64,000 bases of DNA from an uncultured Methanosarcinales archaeon (lineage in GTDB: Archaea > Nanobdellota > Nanobdellia > Woesearchaeales > JABIAG01), in NCBI GenBank assembly GCA_964561995.1, contig CAZLQZ010000002.1:38442-102441 (forward strand). Reading direction: 5' to 3'. Under the pieces are notes generated by a model. It saw nothing but the letters and a program-made list of their open reading frames with translations, was not told the origin of the DNA and did no database searches. Of this stretch, positions 9,079 to 19,060 are shown in pieces. How positions within the stretch are numbered: position 1 is the first letter of the stretch; each line of letters starts with the position of its first letter. A program made the position numbers and the translations under genes.

Positions 9079-10445
9079 TTGATAAGTTTAAAAGAATGGA
9101 CAAATTTGTATTTATACTTTTTATTTTTTTTATTTTTTTTACTTTATTTTTTTTAACTCCTTGGATTCATGCAAATGATGGAGCAGGTTATTATTCTTAT
9201 GTTAGGTCTGCTTTTGTGGATAAAGATTTAAATTTACAAAATGAAAAGGAATTTTTTGAACAAAAGTTTCAAGTTTCAGCAATTCAACGAGATAATTTCA
9301 CAGGAGTTTATTATTCTCAATATCCTATTGGAACTCCTTTATTATGGAGTCCTTTTTATTTAATGGGTCATTTATTTGCAAATAGTTTTGGATATGATAC
9401 TGATGGATATTCATTTCCTTATATTTATATGATTAATTTAGGTTCTGCAATACTTGGATTTTTAGCTCTACTTATGATTTATAATTTTTGTAGAAAGTTT
9501 TTTTCAAAGAAAGTTTGTTTTCTTTCAATTATAACTTTTTGGCTTTCATCATCTATTTTTTATTATATGTATTTTGAAGCATCTTTAAGTCATTGTGCAT
9601 CTTTGTTTGCAGTTACGTCTTTTATTTATTATTGGTATAATACAAAAAATAATAGAACGTATTTACAATGGTTTTTTTTGGGATTGTTATCTTCTTTAAT
9701 GTTAATTGTTAGATATCAAAATGTTTTTTTTATGGTTTTACCTTTGATTTTTTCTTTATTATATTATTTAACAGTAATTAGAAAAAAAGATTGGAAGAAA
9801 ATGTTAAATTTATTTTTTAAAAATGTTTTATACCTAATGGTATTCCTAATTGGATTGATCCCACAACTGCTAGTTTTAAAATATCAACATGGCTATGTTT
9901 TTTCTGCAGAAAGTCATTATCATAATTCTTTTACTTTAATTAAAGCTTCTTATAATTGGATTAATGTTTTATTTTCAACAAATCATGGTTTATTTTTATG
10001 GACTCCCGTAATATTTATTTCAGTATTTGGTTTAATTTATGGCATTAAAATTAACAAAAATAAAGAAACAAAAAAATTAATTTTTGCTTTTTTGGTTGCA
10101 TTTTCATTACAATTATTATTAATATCAACAATAACTGCTTGGAATGGTGCTCAATCTTATGGTCATAGAATGTTTATTAATTGCTCTCTTATTTTTGTTT
10201 TTGGTTTTGCTATATTGATTAATAAGTTACAAAAACACATTAATTTTTCATATTTAATTGTAATTTGTATGATTTTTATAGGTTGGAATTTTAATTTGAT
10301 GATTCAGTATGGTTTAAGGTTAATTCCCGCTGAAGGCTCAATTAATTTTTTAGAAGTAATTAAAAATACTTTTTTTGTAATCCCTAACAAATTAATCGGT
10401 ATTCTTAAGAAATTCTTATTCTCTAGAAGTTCTTTTGTTTCATAG
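9060..10445 (+). CDS. polytopic membrane protein, GT-C / PMT/ArnT-like candidate
   Basis: 461 aa, all-TM architecture. It overlaps the upstream gene. Confidence 0.35.
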   Translation: MDMANIVDKFKRMDKFVFILFIFFIFFTLFFLTPWIHANDGAGYYSYVRSAFVDKDLNLQNEKEFFEQKFQVSAIQRDNFTGVYYSQYPIGTPLLWSPFYLMGHLFANSFGYDTDGYSFPYIYMINLGSAILGFLALLMIYNFCRKFFSKKVCFLSIITFWLSSSIFYYMYFEASLSHCASLFAVTSFIYYWYNTKNNRTYLQWFFLGLLSSLMLIVRYQNVFFMVLPLIFSLLYYLTVIRKKDWKKMLNLFFKNVLYLMVFLIGLIPQLLVLKYQHGYVFSAESHYHNSFTLIKASYNWINVLFSTNHGLFLWTPVIFISVFGLIYGIKINKNKETKKLIFAFLVAFSLQLLLISTITAWNGAQSYGHRMFINCSLIFVFGFAILINKLQKHINFSYLIVICMIFIGWNFNLMIQYGLRLIPAEGSINFLEVIKNTFFVIPNKLIGILKKFLFSRSSFVS

Positions 10446-11184
10446 TAAACTTTTTAAAACTGTATTGTTTATTGTTATTATGAAACTCTCAATTATAATC
10501 CCCATTTTCAATGAAGTATCAACTCTTAAAAAAATTCTTAGTAAAGTGGAGTCTGTTGAACTTCCTAATATTGAAAAAGAATTGGTTCTTGTTGATGATT
10601 ATTCGACAGATGGAACTAGAAGAATATTAAAAGATTTATCTATATCTAAAAAATATAAAATTATTTTAAGAAATAAAAATGGTGGTAAAGGTCGTGCTTT
10701 AAGAACTGGTTTAAAACATTGTACTGGAGACTTAATAGTTATACAAGACGCAGATTTGGAATATGAACCTTCCGATTATAAAATTTTAATTAAACCAATT
10801 TTAGAAGATAAAACTAGTGTAGTTTATGGTTCTAGATTTAAAAAACAAAAATTATTTTCAAAACAAAGATGGGATATTCCAACTCATTATATTGGCAATA
10901 TACTGCTTTCATTGGCTACTTCATTTCTTTATTTTAGAAGGATTACTGATATGGAGACTTGTTATAAAATGTTTACAAGAAAAGTTTACAATTCAATAAC
11001 TCTTAAATCTAAAAGGTTTGATTTTGAACCTGAGATTACTGCAAAAATTATTAAGAAAGGATATAAAATCATTGAAGTTCCTATTCATTATAATCCAAGG
11101 GACTTTTCAGAAGGGAAAAAAATAAATTGGAAAGATGGTGTTAAAGCTTTGCTTTATTTAATAAAATACAGGTTTGTTAACTAA
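10435..11184 (+). CDS. GT2 glycosyltransferase (true start probably at MKLSIIIP around 10480)
   Basis: SIIIPIFNE...LVDDYSTDGT...IQDADLE motifs. Confidence 0.7.
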   Translation: MFHSKLFKTVLFIVIMKLSIIIPIFNEVSTLKKILSKVESVELPNIEKELVLVDDYSTDGTRRILKDLSISKKYKIILRNKNGGKGRALRTGLKHCTGDLIVIQDADLEYEPSDYKILIKPILEDKTSVVYGSRFKKQKLFSKQRWDIPTHYIGNILLSLATSFLYFRRITDMETCYKMFTRKVYNSITLKSKRFDFEPEITAKIIKKGYKIIEVPIHYNPRDFSEGKKINWKDGVKALLYLIKYRFVN

Positions 11185-11896
11185 AATGAATAAATTTAAT
11201 TTGTCAGTTGTAATTCCAACAATAAACTCCGCAAAATCAATAGAATCTAATGTTTTTAAACTTTTAAGATTTTTAGAAAGTAATGATAAAATTAATGAAT
11301 TTGAGATAATTATTTCTGCTCAAACAAGTATTGATAAAACTTTTAAAGTTGTTAAAAGTTTAGAATCTGAAAAGGTTAAGTCCATTTTCATTAAAAAATG
11401 TGGAAAAGGAATCGGTTTAACATATGGTTTTAAAAAAGCAAATTTTGATTGGGTATTAATGGTCGATGATGATTTACCTTATCCTTTTGAAAGTATGAAT
11501 AGATTATTTGAAGAAGTTGAAAAATACGATGTAATTATAGCATCAAGATATGTTCAAGAAGTGAAACATAATGTTCCATTTATTAGAAAAATTGCAAGTT
11601 CAGTTTATATTAATGTTGTAAAGAGTATTTTAAGTATTCCTCAAAAAGATATTCAAGCCGGTATGAAACTTATTAAAAAAGAAATATTTGATGCTAGTTT
11701 TTATCCTAATGAAGTTGGTTATGTGTGGGATACTGAAATGTTATTTCTTGCAAACAAGAAAAATTATAAAGTAATTGAAGTTCCAGTAAAATGTGTTTAT
11801 GAACCAAATCAGTTAGTGGTTTATAAAGTTGCAATACCGATGTTAATGGGAGTAATAAGAGTGTGGTGGAGATACAATGTCAGCAAAAAAATTTGA
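11174..11896 (+). CDS. GT2-like glycosyltransferase
   Basis: LSVVIPTINS...MVDDDLPYP DxD-type motifs. The GT2 fold is plausible. Confidence 0.5.
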   Translation: MLTKMNKFNLSVVIPTINSAKSIESNVFKLLRFLESNDKINEFEIIISAQTSIDKTFKVVKSLESEKVKSIFIKKCGKGIGLTYGFKKANFDWVLMVDDDLPYPFESMNRLFEEVEKYDVIIASRYVQEVKHNVPFIRKIASSVYINVVKSILSIPQKDIQAGMKLIKKEIFDASFYPNEVGYVWDTEMLFLANKKNYKVIEVPVKCVYEPNQLVVYKVAIPMLMGVIRVWWRYNVSKKI

Positions 11897-12614
11897 TTAT
11901 GATTCTGTTCCAGGAGATTATCAATATAAGGCAATTCAAAGTGGCCATGGGTTACAAAAGTTTTGGCATTCATATAAAATAAAACTAATTAATCAAATTG
12001 TACCGTTTAAAAGTTCAGATATTGTTTTGGATTTGGGATGTGGGTCTGGAAATGTTTTAATTTCTATTTCTAAAAGAGTTAATAAGGCATATGGTGCAGA
12101 TATTAGTCAATCTGCTTTGAATTTTATTAAGAATAGAAAAGAAAAAGAAAATTTGATGAATGTTGAGGTAGTTAAATTAAATGAGAATAAACCTTGGCCT
12201 TTTGAAAAAAATTCATTTGATAAAATCATTCTTACTGAAGTAATAGAACATCTTAATAATCCTAAAATATTTGTTGAAAATTGTAAAAAAATTCTTAAAC
12301 CAGGAGGACTAATTTTGATAACTACTCCTAATTATTTTAGTTTTTGGCCAATATTAGAGTTTGTTTCAGATTTATTTCATTTAACTCCTAAAATGAAAGG
12401 TGAACAACATATTTCAAAGTTTAATAAAAAAAGTATGAAAAAGTTAATGAATAGTTTAGGTTTTAATGTTAAAAAACTAAAAACTTTTTATTTCATAAGT
12501 CCATTTATTTATATTATTTCAAAAAATTTAGCAAAAAGATCATTTTATAATGAAATACAATCCAATATTTTACCTGGTATGTTACTTTACACATTAGCTC
12601 AAAAAATAGATTAA
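11877..12614 (+). CDS. class I SAM-dependent methyltransferase
   Basis: VLDLGCGSGNVL motif I. ILKPGGLILITTPN post-motif. Confidence 0.6.
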   Translation: MSAKKFDYDSVPGDYQYKAIQSGHGLQKFWHSYKIKLINQIVPFKSSDIVLDLGCGSGNVLISISKRVNKAYGADISQSALNFIKNRKEKENLMNVEVVKLNENKPWPFEKNSFDKIILTEVIEHLNNPKIFVENCKKILKPGGLILITTPNYFSFWPILEFVSDLFHLTPKMKGEQHISKFNKKSMKKLMNSLGFNVKKLKTFYFISPFIYIISKNLAKRSFYNEIQSNILPGMLLYTLAQKID

Positions 12615-12621
12615 TTCAAAA

Positions 12622-14982
12622 ATGAATATTTCAAAAATAACTAAAAATAAACACTTTTTTTCAATTTTAATTATTTTAATTGTCATTTTAATAATCTCTT
12701 TTCCTCTTTTCAATTTAAATAATTCAAAAAGATCAGGAGATTGGAGAAATGGAGACACTCCTGGATTTAATCTCATTCAAAAAGTAATTATTGAAGACCA
12801 TGGTTGGCCACTATGGGACCATTATACTTTTGGTGGAAGACCAATGGCTGGATTAGGTATGCCTTTATTATATCCTGTTGCTTTAATTTTAGCATTATTT
12901 TTTATTCCTTCTGCAGTTTTAAATTTAATGTTAATTTTACATCTTTTACTTGCTGGAATTGGGATGTATTTTTTAGGTTATGAAGTTTTAAAAAGTAAAA
13001 GGTCTGCAACAATTGCGGCAGTTATTTATTCTTTTTCTCCTTATTTAATGGCAAGTTTGCGTCATCCATTTTGGCTTTACGGAATTGCTTTTATACCTTT
13101 AGAATTTTTTTTGGCAATTAAAACATACAAAAGCAAGAATTATGTTAATTATAGTATTTTGCTTGGAATTATTTTTGCTCTACATTTTTTAAGTTCAGGA
13201 GTTCTTCAATGGTATTATGCTGTTTTGTTAGTATCTTTTTATTTTGTATTCAAAGCATTTGGAAAAAACTTTTTTTCAAGAGCAATAAAATCAACAATAA
13301 TCATTTTTATTTTTGTTTTAGTTATGTTTTCATTAGTTGCAGTAAGATTTTTGCCTTCAAATGAATTTACTAGTTATACAAATCGGGGTACTGGTCTTCC
13401 AATTGAAGAAATTTTAAGAGTTGGACATATTAGTTTTAGTGGTTCTTTAGATACATTTATTTATCCTTTTAATCCAAAATCAAAAGATGGTGGACATAGT
13501 TATGGTCAAGTTGGTGTAATTGGAACTGTTTTTTTATTATTTGGATTAATTTGTTATTTTAAGAAAAAACAATTTCTTTCAAGGAAGAAAGATATTTTTT
13601 TATTTTTAATTCTTGTTATGATTGGAGTTACCATATTTGCAACTGGAATTTTTATTGAACAACTTTACAATCTTCCTGGAATGAGTTCTCAAAGAGGTTT
13701 GGATAGGTCATTAATTCTATTTGTTTTGTCTGCTTCATTATTTGCAGGATATGGTTTTAATTGTTTACAATTAAAATTACATGAAAAAGGATATTCAATG
13801 AAAAAATTGAAGTTTATTTTTTTAATTACATTATTATTAGTTTGGTTAAGTTTATTTGTAGTAAATCTTTCGAAAATTAATCAACAAAATGCTGAATTTG
13901 AACATTATTCAATTACAGAAAACAATCCTGTTTTTCTTATGATTGCAGAAGATAAAGGAATTTTTAGATTTCATGTTTTTGAAGTTACAGGAATTGATTA
14001 TAACAATTTTTTAGGTTCGTCTTTACCAAATGAACAGGAATCAGTTTATGGTACTTATGGTGGGGGATGGGATTATCGTTATTTTAATGTTTTTTTAGGT
14101 TCAACTTTTAGAGATCCTTCTAAATTATGGGGTATGTTTAATGTCAAATATATTATTTCTTCAATTGAAAGAGAAAATGAAGATTTTGAATTAATAGAGA
14201 AATTTGAAAATGTTCCAAAAGAAACAATCAATCAGCAAAGTTATCAAAATGTTGCATACTTATATGAAAATAAGAAGGTTATGGAAAGGTCAACAATAAT
14301 CCCTACTTCGATTCTTGTTGTTGGAAATGAAGATTCTACTTTAAAGACAATTTACGCTTTAATAATTAATCCAAATATAGACCCTAAGAAAACGATTGTA
14401 GTTCAAGGGAAACAGAAAATAAATGATTATTCTTTAATGGAATTAAGTCCATTTGATATTGTTCTCTTATCAACTGGTTCAGTTGATGAAAATTCGGCAT
14501 TTATTATAAGAAGATTTGAAGAAAATGGAGGAATTGTTTTTCCAAGGATACTTGAAGGTGAAAATTCAATTAATGAAGGAGAAATATATGATAAGTTATC
14601 TGAATTTAATGAAACAGTAATTGATTCAGAAATAGAAATTGTAAGTTATTATGATTCAACTCCTAATAAAATGGAATTAAAAGTTACTACAAATGAAAGT
14701 GCATTATTGTTTATTGCTGAGAAATATACCTTATATCCTGGATGGACTGCTAAAATAGATGGTAAAAATACAGACATACTGCTTGCAAATGGAGTATTAA
14801 GTACAATTAATGTCCCTATAGGAACTCATAATATTGTATTTGAGTATTATCCAGCAAGTTTTAGAAAAGGTTTAATAACCACTTCTGTTTCATTATTGTT
14901 AATTGTAGTTTATTTCATTTATTATTATTTTAAAAAAAGAAAAAATGGCAAAAATATGCGGAATATTGAAAACAAAGAGTAA
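12622..14982 (+). CDS. YfhO-like GT-C membrane glycosyltransferase candidate
   Basis: 786 aa. Many N-terminal TM helices, a large soluble domain and a terminal TM helix (TTSVSLLLIVVYFIYYYF), as in the YfhO family. Confidence 0.4.
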   Translation: MNISKITKNKHFFSILIILIVILIISFPLFNLNNSKRSGDWRNGDTPGFNLIQKVIIEDHGWPLWDHYTFGGRPMAGLGMPLLYPVALILALFFIPSAVLNLMLILHLLLAGIGMYFLGYEVLKSKRSATIAAVIYSFSPYLMASLRHPFWLYGIAFIPLEFFLAIKTYKSKNYVNYSILLGIIFALHFLSSGVLQWYYAVLLVSFYFVFKAFGKNFFSRAIKSTIIIFIFVLVMFSLVAVRFLPSNEFTSYTNRGTGLPIEEILRVGHISFSGSLDTFIYPFNPKSKDGGHSYGQVGVIGTVFLLFGLICYFKKKQFLSRKKDIFLFLILVMIGVTIFATGIFIEQLYNLPGMSSQRGLDRSLILFVLSASLFAGYGFNCLQLKLHEKGYSMKKLKFIFLITLLLVWLSLFVVNLSKINQQNAEFEHYSITENNPVFLMIAEDKGIFRFHVFEVTGIDYNNFLGSSLPNEQESVYGTYGGGWDYRYFNVFLGSTFRDPSKLWGMFNVKYIISSIERENEDFELIEKFENVPKETINQQSYQNVAYLYENKKVMERSTIIPTSILVVGNEDSTLKTIYALIINPNIDPKKTIVVQGKQKINDYSLMELSPFDIVLLSTGSVDENSAFIIRRFEENGGIVFPRILEGENSINEGEIYDKLSEFNETVIDSEIEIVSYYDSTPNKMELKVTTNESALLFIAEKYTLYPGWTAKIDGKNTDILLANGVLSTINVPIGTHNIVFEYYPASFRKGLITTSVSLLLIVVYFIYYYFKKRKNGKNMRNIENKE

Positions 14983-16705
14983 AGATACTTCTAATTTAAT
15001 TAAAGATATGACTCTTTTAATGAAGCATGAGTCTTGGCATAAAGAGTTTAATTTTTCTAAAAAAAATATTTCTTTTGGAATTGTAAGTTTAAATCAAATT
15101 AATTCAGAACAGCCAATTTGGAATAAAGATAAAACGAAATGCATTATTATGTCGGGAAAAATTTTTGATTATGATTTTAAAAATGTAAAAAATGATGCAG
15201 AATATATTTTATCTTCTTATGAAAAATTTGGTAAAGAATTTATTAAAAAATTAAATGGTATATTTGCTTTCGCATTATTTGATTTTAAAGAAGAGTCTAT
15301 TGTTCTTGTTAATGATAGATATGGTTTTAGACCTTTGTATTATCATATTGATTTTGATAAAATTATTTTTGCTTCTGAGGTTAAATCAATTATTGCTGAT
15401 AAAACAATAAAAAAGGAGATTGATTGGAAAGCATGGGGTGATTTTTTTTATTTTGGAGAAATACATGGTAATAATACTTTTTTTAAGAATATTTCAGCTT
15501 TACCTCCCGCATCAATTTTAACTTTTAAAAATTCAAAAGTAAGTATTGAAAAATATTATGATTTTAGTTTTATAAAATCTGATGATTCAAAAAAAGCAAA
15601 TTATTTTGTAGATAAATCTATTGAGCTTTTGAATAGAAGTTTAGATAAACAAACAAAATGGTTGAAAGAAGCAGATTTATTGCTGACTGGCGGATTTGAT
15701 TCAAGATGTATTGCAATGATAATTAAAAATCAGAATAGAATTAAATTAAATACTTTTACTACCTTAAAAGAGGGTGATGGTGATAAAGATAAAATTTATG
15801 CAAAAAAAGTTGCAGATTTTCTCGGTTTCAAAAATACTTTTGTTCCATTATCAAAAGATCTTTATCAAAAACATTTTCTTAAGACATTTTATTTAACTGA
15901 TGGAATGACTAATGGTCATTTGTTTTTAATGCCTTTAATTGAAAAATTAGATAAAAAACATATTAATTTTGATGGAATTGTGGGTGATATATTATTAAGG
16001 GGAAGTTTTACTGATGAATATAAATTAAAGATTGGTAGTAAAAAATTAATTAATACTTTATTAAATAAAAATAAATCTAAAATTGTTAAAAAAGTATTTA
16101 ATAGTGATGTTGCAAAAATAATTAATAATTCAATATTGGAAGAAACTAAAAAAGAACTTAATAATTTTAAAGACACTAATAATTTTTTAACATTATACCT
16201 TTTGATGAATGAAGGAAGAAGAAAAGTTGCTTTAAATTCAATGAATACTTTATTATTAAAAAAAGAAAGTTTTGCTCCTTTTTTGGATAATGATTTTGTT
16301 GAATTTGCTTTAACAATTCCTACTAAATTAAAGAATAAAGAAGCAATTTATAATAAGATCATGAATAAATTGAATTCTGAATGTATGAAAATATCAAGTA
16401 CTAGAGGATTAGTTGAAAATAAAAATTTAATTTTTTATTTAAAACGTTTAACTTTTATTAGAAATATTAGATCAAGATTATATTTCTTTTTATCTTCTTC
16501 TTCATTATTTATGAAGTTTTTAACAAAAATTGGTTTATATAAAAGAGATTCAAAAGACAATTTGAACTTTGAAGAAAAACTTTTGAAAAAATGTACTGAA
16601 AGAGATTTTATTAATGATTTCAAACATAATTCTGATCTGTATTCTAAGTATCGTTTACAATTTCTATTGTGGTATAATCTCTTTTTTAAAGGGAAAGTTT
16701 TATAA
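14945..16705 (+). CDS. asparagine synthetase (glutamine-hydrolysing)-like amidotransferase
   Basis: N-terminal glutamine amidotransferase class II-like region (ICGI...) and PP-loop region (LLTGGFDSR). It overlaps the upstream gene by 38 nt. Confidence 0.55.
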   Translation: MAKICGILKTKSKDTSNLIKDMTLLMKHESWHKEFNFSKKNISFGIVSLNQINSEQPIWNKDKTKCIIMSGKIFDYDFKNVKNDAEYILSSYEKFGKEFIKKLNGIFAFALFDFKEESIVLVNDRYGFRPLYYHIDFDKIIFASEVKSIIADKTIKKEIDWKAWGDFFYFGEIHGNNTFFKNISALPPASILTFKNSKVSIEKYYDFSFIKSDDSKKANYFVDKSIELLNRSLDKQTKWLKEADLLLTGGFDSRCIAMIIKNQNRIKLNTFTTLKEGDGDKDKIYAKKVADFLGFKNTFVPLSKDLYQKHFLKTFYLTDGMTNGHLFLMPLIEKLDKKHINFDGIVGDILLRGSFTDEYKLKIGSKKLINTLLNKNKSKIVKKVFNSDVAKIINNSILEETKKELNNFKDTNNFLTLYLLMNEGRRKVALNSMNTLLLKKESFAPFLDNDFVEFALTIPTKLKNKEAIYNKIMNKLNSECMKISSTRGLVENKNLIFYLKRLTFIRNIRSRLYFFLSSSSLFMKFLTKIGLYKRDSKDNLNFEEKLLKKCTERDFINDFKHNSDLYSKYRLQFLLWYNLFFKGKVL

Positions 16706-16728
16706 AAGGTTAAATTCATTATTAAAGC

Positions 16729-17511
16729 ATGAAATTTAAAGAAATTCTTCATGGAACAGCAGCGTCCAGGGATGCTGAACAAGGATATTCTGGTTTGAAA
16801 TATCAAATTTATGAATTTCTTGCAGCTGTACTTGTAAAAATTCTAATGTATACTCCAATTACTGCAAACCAAATTACTTTATTGGGAATTGTTTTTGTTT
16901 ATGTTGCTGCTATATTATTTGGTTATGGAACTTTATATCTTGGAATATTAGCAGTTGGTTTTATTTATCTTGGAGAGTTAATGGATGCAACTGATGGAAC
17001 TTTGGCAAGATCTAAAAAAGCTTGTTCTAAATTACAATCTAATATTTTAGGAAATTTATATCATTCTTCAGCTTATTCAATACTTTTTTTGGGAATTGGA
17101 TTTGGTGTTTTTGTAGGTACTGGAAATTGTATTTTTATTCTATTGGGTGGAATTTCTGCTTTTTTTCAACAAACAATGGGTTTGATTCGTTTCTTAGGAA
17201 GTCAAGTAATGTTTAAGAATAGAGAATTGTTAAAAGAAAAAGGAAAAGAAAATTTATTAGATGAAGCAGATGAAAAAAAATTATTTAAAGTTGGTAAAAA
17301 ATCATTCAAGAATTTCTTTATTGAATTGATTGGTGCACCAATTAAACATTTAAGATTAATAATTATTGTAGTATTAATTTTGAATTATACAATATATCCA
17401 ATGGCGTTTTCAATATTTACTATATTTTATGCGATTTTCATTCCAATTAAAACGCTTGGTTTCTTGCATAGTATTTATTATTCTTTCAAAAGAATAGAAA
17501 CAAAGAATTAA
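16729..17511 (+). CDS. CDP-alcohol phosphatidyltransferase family protein
   Basis: DATDGTLAR matches the DxxDGxxAR core of the CDP-alcohol phosphotransferase signature. Polytopic membrane protein. Confidence 0.55.
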   Translation: MKFKEILHGTAASRDAEQGYSGLKYQIYEFLAAVLVKILMYTPITANQITLLGIVFVYVAAILFGYGTLYLGILAVGFIYLGELMDATDGTLARSKKACSKLQSNILGNLYHSSAYSILFLGIGFGVFVGTGNCIFILLGGISAFFQQTMGLIRFLGSQVMFKNRELLKEKGKENLLDEADEKKLFKVGKKSFKNFFIELIGAPIKHLRLIIIVVLILNYTIYPMAFSIFTIFYAIFIPIKTLGFLHSIYYSFKRIETKN

Positions 17512-17532
17512 TTTTATATAGTTTGAAATAAT

Positions 17533-19029
17533 TTGTTAATTATGAGCTATCTTAAAAAGGGGTTATTAGGTGTTATTTTAATATTTACTGCAACTACTTT
17601 AGGCAATATAGCAGGTTATTTTGTCAGATTAATTTTGGCTAGAAATATTACTCTTGAAGAAATTGGATTATTTTATTCCGTTTTCACATTAATTACTTTT
17701 GTACTTCTTTTTGTTAATATTGGTACAACTCCTGCTTTAATTAAATTCATTTCACAATTTAAAGCAGAAAAGAATTATGGCAAATTGTGGTATTCTATTA
17801 AGTTTGTTACAATTATTAAATTATTTTTAGCTGTTATTGCATCATTATTAATTTATTTTTCATCTAATTTTTTAGCTTTATATTATTTTAAGGATCCTGC
17901 TGCTCAATTAGTATTGCAAATTTTTTCAATTGTTTTGTTTTGTATTGTTGTTGTGGGATTAATGGGAGCTATATTTCAAGGTTTTCAAAGTATGATGACT
18001 TTATCTTTGATTCTTTTTAGTGAGAATCTTTTATTTTTATTATCAACAATTGTGTTAATTTTTTATGGTTTTGAAAAAAGTGCTTTGTTACCTTCTTATG
18101 GTTTTTTAGCAGGTTGGGGATTCACTATTTTGTTATTTTTGCCTTTTTTATTTCGTTATAAGAAATTTTTAGAAAAGGATATAAAAATCAATCATTTATC
18201 TAAAAAAATAATGAATTTTGCTTTAGCATCATTTTTAATTTCATTAGGTAATTTAATTATTGGATATTTAGATACTTTAATTTTAACTTTTTTTAGGCCA
18301 TTAAGTGAAGTTGGAGTTTACAATGTTGTTTTACCTACTGTTATAATAATTGGTTTTTTAAGTCGGTCTATTTCTCAAGTTTTTTTCCCAATGGTTTCAG
18401 AATTGTGGACTAAAGGATTAAAAAACAAATTAATTGAAGGTACTAATTTACTTCATAAATATTCAATGTTAACGGTAATACCTTTGTCAATGACTTTATT
18501 TGTTTTTCCTGAAATTTTATTGAATTTTTTGTTTGGTGCCGAATATGTAATTGGTAGTATGGTAATGAGAATACTTTCAGTAGGAATTATTTTTTTCACA
18601 ATTGGAACGGTGGATCAATCAATACTTTCAGGCATTGGAAAACCAAAAGTTGTTACAAAAATTCTTTTATTAGCAGCATTATTCAATGTGGTAACAAATT
18701 TTATATTTATTCCATATTATGGAATGTTGGCCGCGTCTATAACTACTACATTAAGTTACTTATTAATCTTTATTTTAACAACCTTAGCTCTTAAAAAACA
18801 TATTCAATTGAATTTTAAATATTTAGATTGGTTAAAATATTTTTCATCAGCGGTTGTATTTGTATTATCTGTTTATTTATTAAAAAACATTTTAAAATTC
18901 AATGCTATTTTAGAATTCTTTATTTGTTTAGTATTCGCTTCTTTAGTTTATTTAATTGTTTGTTATTTAGTTGGTTTATTAAATATTAAAGAAGTTAAAT
19001 TTTTCATCAAATCAGTATTGAAGAGATAA
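17533..19029 (+). CDS. Wzx/AglR-type oligosaccharide flippase (polysaccharide biosynthesis protein family)
   Basis: 498 aa, about 12-14 TM helices, MOP-superfamily-like layout, within the glycosylation cluster. Confidence 0.6.
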   Translation: MLIMSYLKKGLLGVILIFTATTLGNIAGYFVRLILARNITLEEIGLFYSVFTLITFVLLFVNIGTTPALIKFISQFKAEKNYGKLWYSIKFVTIIKLFLAVIASLLIYFSSNFLALYYFKDPAAQLVLQIFSIVLFCIVVVGLMGAIFQGFQSMMTLSLILFSENLLFLLSTIVLIFYGFEKSALLPSYGFLAGWGFTILLFLPFLFRYKKFLEKDIKINHLSKKIMNFALASFLISLGNLIIGYLDTLILTFFRPLSEVGVYNVVLPTVIIIGFLSRSISQVFFPMVSELWTKGLKNKLIEGTNLLHKYSMLTVIPLSMTLFVFPEILLNFLFGAEYVIGSMVMRILSVGIIFFTIGTVDQSILSGIGKPKVVTKILLLAALFNVVTNFIFIPYYGMLAASITTTLSYLLIFILTTLALKKHIQLNFKYLDWLKYFSSAVVFVLSVYLLKNILKFNAILEFFICLVFASLVYLIVCYLVGLLNIKEVKFFIKSVLKR

Positions 19030-19060
19030 ACTTTTAAAACCTTAAAAAACTCACAAGATT

